Under the pieces are notes generated by a model. The model was not told the origin of the DNA and did no database searches. It saw nothing but the letters and a program-made list of their open reading frames with translations. A stretch of 64,000 bases of DNA, from the NCBI GenBank assembly GCA_030390025.1, contig CM059432.1, positions 70,868,001 through 70,932,000 of the forward strand. Direction: 5' to 3'. Below, piece by piece: positions 58,501-64,000 of this stretch. The first letter of the stretch is position 1, and each line of letters begins with the position of its first letter. The DNA is from Squalus acanthias (taxonomy: Eukaryota). A program made the position numbers and the translations under genes.

Positions 58501-61500
58501 AACAAATATTTTGAATGAGTCTTCACGGTAGACGACACTAAAAGCATCCCAATAATAGATAATCAAGGGGCTATAGGGAGGGGGAGGAACTTAAAACAAT
58601 CACTAGCACTAGAGAAAAAGTACTCGGTAAAATAATGGGACTAAAGGTGGACAAGTCCCCTGGGCCTGATGGCCTGCATCCTAGGGTCTTAAAAGAAGTG
58701 GCTGCAGAGATAGTGGATGCATTGGTTGCAATCTACCAAAATTCCCTGGATTCTGGAGAGGTCCCAGCGAATTGGAAAACCACAACTGTAACGCCCCTAT
58801 TTAAGAAAGGAGGGAGACAGAAAGCAAGAAACTCGAGACCAGTTAGTCTAACATCTGTCATTGGGAAAATGCTAGAGTCCATTATTAAGGAAGTGGTAGC
58901 AGGACATTTAGAAAATCATAATACAGTCAAGCAGAGTCAGCATGGTTTTATGAAAGGGAAATCATGTTTGACAAATTTGCTGGTGTTCTTTGAGGATGCA
59001 AGGAGCAGGGTGGATAAAGGGGAACCAGTAGATGTCGTGTATTTGGATTTCCAGAAGGCATTCGATAAGGTGCCACATAAAAGGTTACTGCACAAGATAA
59101 GAGCTCACGGGGTTGGGGGTAATATATTAGCATGGATAGAGGATTGGCTAACTCACAGAAAACAGAGAGTCGGGATAAATGGGTCATTTTCCGGTTGGCA
59201 AACTGTAACTAGTGGGGTGCCACAGGGATCAGTGCTGGGGCCTCAACTATTTACAATCTATATTAGTGACTTGGATGAAGGAACTGAGTGTAATGTAGCC
59301 AAATTTGCTGATGATACAAAGATAGGTGGGAAAGCAAGTTGTGAAGAGGACACAACGAATCTGCAAAGGGATGTCGATAGGCTAAGTGAGTGGGCAAACA
59401 TTTGGCAGATGGAGTATAATGTGGGAAAATGTGAGGTTATCCACTTTGGTAGGAAAAATAAAAAAGCAAATCATTATTTAAATGGAGAGAGATTACAAAA
59501 TGCTGCAGTACAGAGGGATCTGGGGGTCCTTGTACATGAAACACAAAAAGTTAGCATGCAGGTACAGCAAGTAATAGGAAGGCAAATGGAATGTTGGCAT
59601 TTATTGCAAAGGGGATGGAGTATAAAAGTAGGGAAGTCCTGCTATAACTGTACAAGGTATTGGTGAGACCACACCTGGAGTACTACTTACTGTTTTGGTC
59701 TCCTTATTTAAGGAGGGGTATACTTGCATTGGAGGCAGATCAGAGAAGGTTCACTAGGTTGATTCCCAAGATGAAGGGGTTGTCTTTTGAAGAAAGGTTG
59801 AGCAGGTTGGGCCTATACTCATTGGAGTTTAGAAAAATGAGGTGTGATCTTATTGAAACATATAAGATGCTGAGGGGACTTGACAAGGTAGATGCACAGA
59901 GGATGTATCTCCTCGTGGAGGAATCTAGAACTAGGGGGCATAGTTTCAGAATAAGGGGTCGCCCATTTAAAACGGAGATGAGGAGGAATTTCTTCTCTGA
60001 GGGTCGTGAATCTTTGGAATTCTCTTCCCCAGAGAGCTGTGAAGGCTGGGTCATTGAATATATTTAAGATGGAGATAGACAGATTTTTGAACGATAAGGG
60101 AGTCAAGGGTTACGGGGAGTGGGCAGGGAAGTGGAGTTCAGGCCAAGATCAGATCAGCCATGATCTTATTGAATGGCAGAGCAGGCTTGAGGGGCCAAAT
60201 GGCCTACTCCTGCTCCTATTTCTTATGTTCTTATTAAAAGAGGCTTATAATGTTGCAAAAAATAGTAGTAAGCCTGAGGATTGGGAGAGCTTTAGAAAGC
60301 AGCAAAGGATGACCAAAAAATTGATGAGAGAAAATAGAATGAGAGTAAACTAGTAAGAAATCTAAAAATAGACTAAGATCTTTTACAAGTATGTAAAAAG
60401 GAAGAGAGTAGCAAAAGTAAGCATTAGTCCCTTAGAGGCTGAGACAGGAGAAATTATAATGGGGAATAAGGAAATGGCAGAGACTTTAAACAAATATTTT
60501 GTATCTGTCTTCACAGTAGAAGACACAAAAAGCATACCAATAAATAGTAGGGAGCCAAGGGGCTAATAAGAGTGAGGAACTTAAAGTAATTACTATCAAT
60601 AGAGAAAAAGTACTTGAGAAACTAATGGGACTAAAAGCCAACAAATCCCCTGGATCTGATGGCCTACATCCTAGGGTTCTAAAAGAGGTGGCTGCAGAGA
60701 TAGTGGATGCATTCGTTGTGATCTTCCAAAATTCCCTAGATTCTAGAACAGTCCCAGCAGATAGGAAGGTAGCAAATGTAACCCTGCTATTCAAGAAAGG
60801 AGAGAACACACAGGGAACTGCAGGCCAGATAGCCTGACATAAGTCATCGGGAAATGCTGGAATCCATTATTAAAGAAGTGGTAACAGAGCACTTAGAAAA
60901 TCATAATATGATTAGGCAGAGTCAACATGGTTTTATGAAAGGGAAATTGTTTTTGACAAATTTATTAGCATTTTTTGAGGATGTAACTAGCAGGGTAGAT
61001 AAAGGGGAACCTGTGGATGTAGTATATTTGGATTTCCAAAAGGCATTCGATAAGATGCCACATAAAAGGTTGTTACGCAAGATAAAGGCTCATGTGGTCG
61101 GATAGAATATATTAGCATGGATAGAGGATTGGTTAATGGACAGAAAGCAGAGAGTAGGGATAAATGGGTCATTTTCAGGTTAGCAGGCTGTAACTAGTGG
61201 GGTGCCGCAAGGATCAGTGCTTGGGCCTCAGCTATTTACAATCTATATTAATGACTTAGATGAAGGGACTGAGTGCAATGTATCCAGGTATGCTGACGAT
61301 ACAAAGTTAGGTGGGAAAGTAAGCGGTGAGGAGGACACAAAGAGCCTGCAAAGGGATATAGACAGATTACGTGAGTGGGCAATAAGTGGCAGATGGAGTA
61401 TAATATGGGGAAATGGGAGGTTGTTCACTTTAGTAGGAAGAATAGAAAAAAATATTTTTTAAATGGTGAGGAACTATTAAACGTTGGTGTTCAGAAGGAA

Positions 61501-61690
61501 TTGGGTGTCCTCATACAGGAAACACAGAGTTAGCATGCAGGTACAACAAGCAATTAGGAGGACAAATGGCATGTTGGCCTTTATTGCAAGGGTGTTGGCA
61601 TACAAGAGTAAGGAAGTCTTGCTACAATTGTACAGGGCTTTGGTGAGACCACACCTGGAGTACTGTGCAGTTTTGGTCTCCTTATCTGAG
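55515..61690 (+). mobile_element. Decayed near-full-length CR1 (5' UTR 15-bp repeats, ORF1 Zn-finger plus esterase, ORF2) with a nested second CR1 (about 57845-60233)
   Basis: CCNCSMWE..HVCNKC, VVVGDSIVRG, KLKALYLNARS; inner ORF 58635-59666 RT with own tail; host resumes at about 60235. Confidence 0.88.
57736..57823 (+). mobile_element. Very short Penelope P1 terminal insertion (3' half of hammerhead only)
   Basis: catcgacctgaaacgttaactc...; taaag repeat at both junctions. Confidence 0.72.
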
Positions 61691-61869
61691 GATTTGTTAA
61701 GGGAAGGTCGTGTCTTACTAACTTGATTGAATTTTTTGAGGAGGTAACAAGGAGGGTCGATGAGGGTGGTGCGTTTGATGTAGTCTATATGGATTGTAGC
61801 AAGGCTTTTGATAACGTCCCACATGGCAGACTGGTCATGAAAGTAAAAGCCCATGGGAGCCAAGGCAAA

Positions 61870-62404
61870 CTTTTTCAGCCGATTTTAATGCAGAACTAGT
61901 TAGGGGTGGTGCATTCAGAAGTGAATTTTTAAATGGCGTGATAAGTGATAATTACTGCTGAACAAGCTCTCTGGCCCTGAAAAATTAATTTTACAAATGT
62001 GGAATCTCATTCTCTCAGAAGAAAATTAGTGCTGGCGATTTAAAAAAATTTAAATAAGAATTTTTTAAAAACTTTCTGACTGTCTCTTTTATCTCTCTCC
62101 CTTAATCCCATCCGCACTTCCCAACGTTTATTTCGCTTTCTCTACATCATTTAAATCTAATTTATATTTCCTGGTTTAGATTCTGCATGTCTCGGTGAGG
62201 ATTCTTCAATCTGATTGGTTGAAGAGCCTCATGGTTTCTTGCCCTATTCACAGACGCCACAGCCCTTGTAGAGGGTGCCACGCTGGAAAAGCTGCCAGAT
62301 TAGAGGAAATCTCCACTGACATGCCCGCAAAAAGTTTGTGGGCAGCTATCGGCAAGATGAACAGCGAGCAAGGTTCCTTCGCCGCTAAGAGCAAAGTCTG
62401 GGCC
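61870..62404. mobile_element. Partial non-autonomous DNA transposon (Harbinger-type end)
   Basis: Ends aaagtctgggcc, resembling the other MITE termini; left end not found. Confidence 0.4.
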
Positions 62405-62642
62405 TGTGTGTTACATGGTATCATGCTCCTGTAATTATAAAAGTATAACATCTGCACTTCTGTAAGAAAAGCAAAAGGAGGAGTGTCGCTCATTGATAGT
62501 AAATACCTTGAAAATATGCACAAACTGAAACGTAGAAAACAGCAATTCAAAGCTTAAACATATCCTGCCTCGAAATACACCATGCTTGGTCTAAATATTA
62601 TAAACACACAAAATATCCAGAAACCACAGAAGCTATTCTTAC

Positions 62643-62742
62643 CTGCCAATCCGTTGACTGGAAACAGTCCAGCCGAACTGGCAATGCTAATCAGATGGCC
62701 ATGGTTGCTGGCAATCATTGCAGGAAGGAATGCTTTGTAGGT
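62643..62742 (-). CDS. SDR16C5: SDR16C5/RDHE2-like short-chain dehydrogenase, internal coding exon (100 nt; upstream exons lie beyond the window)
   Basis: Manual translation TYKAFLPAMIASNHGHLISIASSAGLFPVNGLA(D); acceptor gtttttag, donor gtaag; contains the catalytic Ser region; closely resembles vertebrate SDR16C5 as recalled. Confidence 0.92.
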
Positions 62743-63259
62743 CTAAAAACAATTAACCCTTAGAATTACTAAATGAACTTTAACTGATGGTACATTGTTT
62801 TCACTTAAAACTACAAAGTATTATTAAAAGGAGGAAGAGAACAAAATAAGACATTTTTGAAAATTGTATTGACAATCCATTGTTTTTTAGTGTAACAAAA
62901 TTTCCTAGATTATTTACATTAATCGCTGTTAAATGAAGGAAACCAAAACCAGTGAATATAACAGGGGAGTAAAACCATGTGAAGTACAGAATGGGTCAAT
63001 GCATTATAGAAATCCACTAAAAACCATGTACAAAACTGAAAAACAGCAATTTCAACACACAGACATTTTGTCTGAGCTTTTAGCAAACAGTATCCAATAT
63101 GTACATGTATTTAGCCTACAATACACTGCAAGTAAAACAATGTAACAAATCTAAAATTGTTCATGGGCCAGTTTTATTACCATTTGTGCATTGATGCAAA
63201 GCAGTTTAAGATGCACAATAATGTAAAAGCAGTAGTATAACTCAGAATTCAGGTCAGTA

Positions 63260-64000
63260 ATCTGAATTTTCAAAAGGCATTTGATATGGTGCCACATAAG
63301 AGGTTGTTACACAAAATTAGGGCTCATGGGATTGGGGTTAATATATTAGCATAGATTGAGGATTGGTTAACGGACAGAAAACAGAGAGTAGGAATAAATG
63401 GGTCACTTTCAGGTTGGCAGGCTGCAACTATGGGGTGCCGCAAGGATCAGTGCTTGGGCCTCAGCTATTTACAATCTATATCAATGACTTAGATGAGGGG
63501 ACTGAGTGGAATATATCCAATTTTGCTGATGATACAAAGCTAGGTGGGAAAGTAAACTGTGAGGAAGACGCAAAGAGACTGCCAAGGGATATAGACCGGT
63601 TAAGTGATTGGGCAAGGAGCAGATGGAGTATAATGTGGGGAAATGTGAAATTATCCACTTTGGTAGGAAGAATAGAAAAGCAGAATATTTTTTTTAAAAA
63701 GGTGAGAGACTAGTAAATGTTGGTAATAAGAGGGATTTGGGTGTTCTTGTACACAAATCACAGAAAGTTAACATGCAGGTACAGCAAGCAATTAGGAAGG
63801 CAAATGGTATGTTAATCTTTATTGCAAGGGGGTTGGAGTATAAGAGTAAGGAAGTCGTTGCAATTATATAGGGCTTTGGTGAGACCACACCTGGAGTATT
63901 GTGTACTGTTGTGGTCTCCTTACCTAAGGAAGGAAATACTTGGCTTAGAGGGGGTGCAACAAAGGTTCACTAGATTGATTCCTGGGATGAGAAGGCTGTC
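63260..64000 (+). mobile_element. CR1 RT fragment running off the window
   Basis: [26 protein letters not shown]. Confidence 0.9.

Overview
Eukaryotic, TE-saturated vertebrate DNA; the repeat repertoire (CR1 with SGNH-esterase ORF1, L2, Deu-domain SINEs, Penelope, Harbinger) points to a cartilaginous fish (inference). The only host gene I can support is the 3' part of a minus-strand SDR16C5/RDHE2-like short-chain dehydrogenase. Its four GT-AG coding exons (62643-62742, 54436-54580, 43454-43579, 26789-26882) splice in frame, carry the catalytic S and YxxxK, and were missed by the ORF track. Almost all listed ORFs are LINE fragments or their antisense shadows. Best observations: (1) two Penelope families with minimal hammerhead ribozymes, one showing stem-I covariation and a 102-bp inverted pLTR hairpin in an SDR16C5 intron; (2) a 1.62-kb solo LTR with 4-bp TSD and foamy-virus-like R-region layout, next to a second solo LTR; (3) a Harbinger element with a spliced Myb/SANT pseudogene nested in another Harbinger transposase; (4) MITEs with ANT-type 3-bp TSDs, one inverted pair bracketing a frame-symmetric exon; (5) a young CR1 with open ORF2 but a catalytic Asp-to-His change. 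I found no demonstrably new biological system; the findings are testable leads. No CRISPR, rRNA or tRNA genes are supported.
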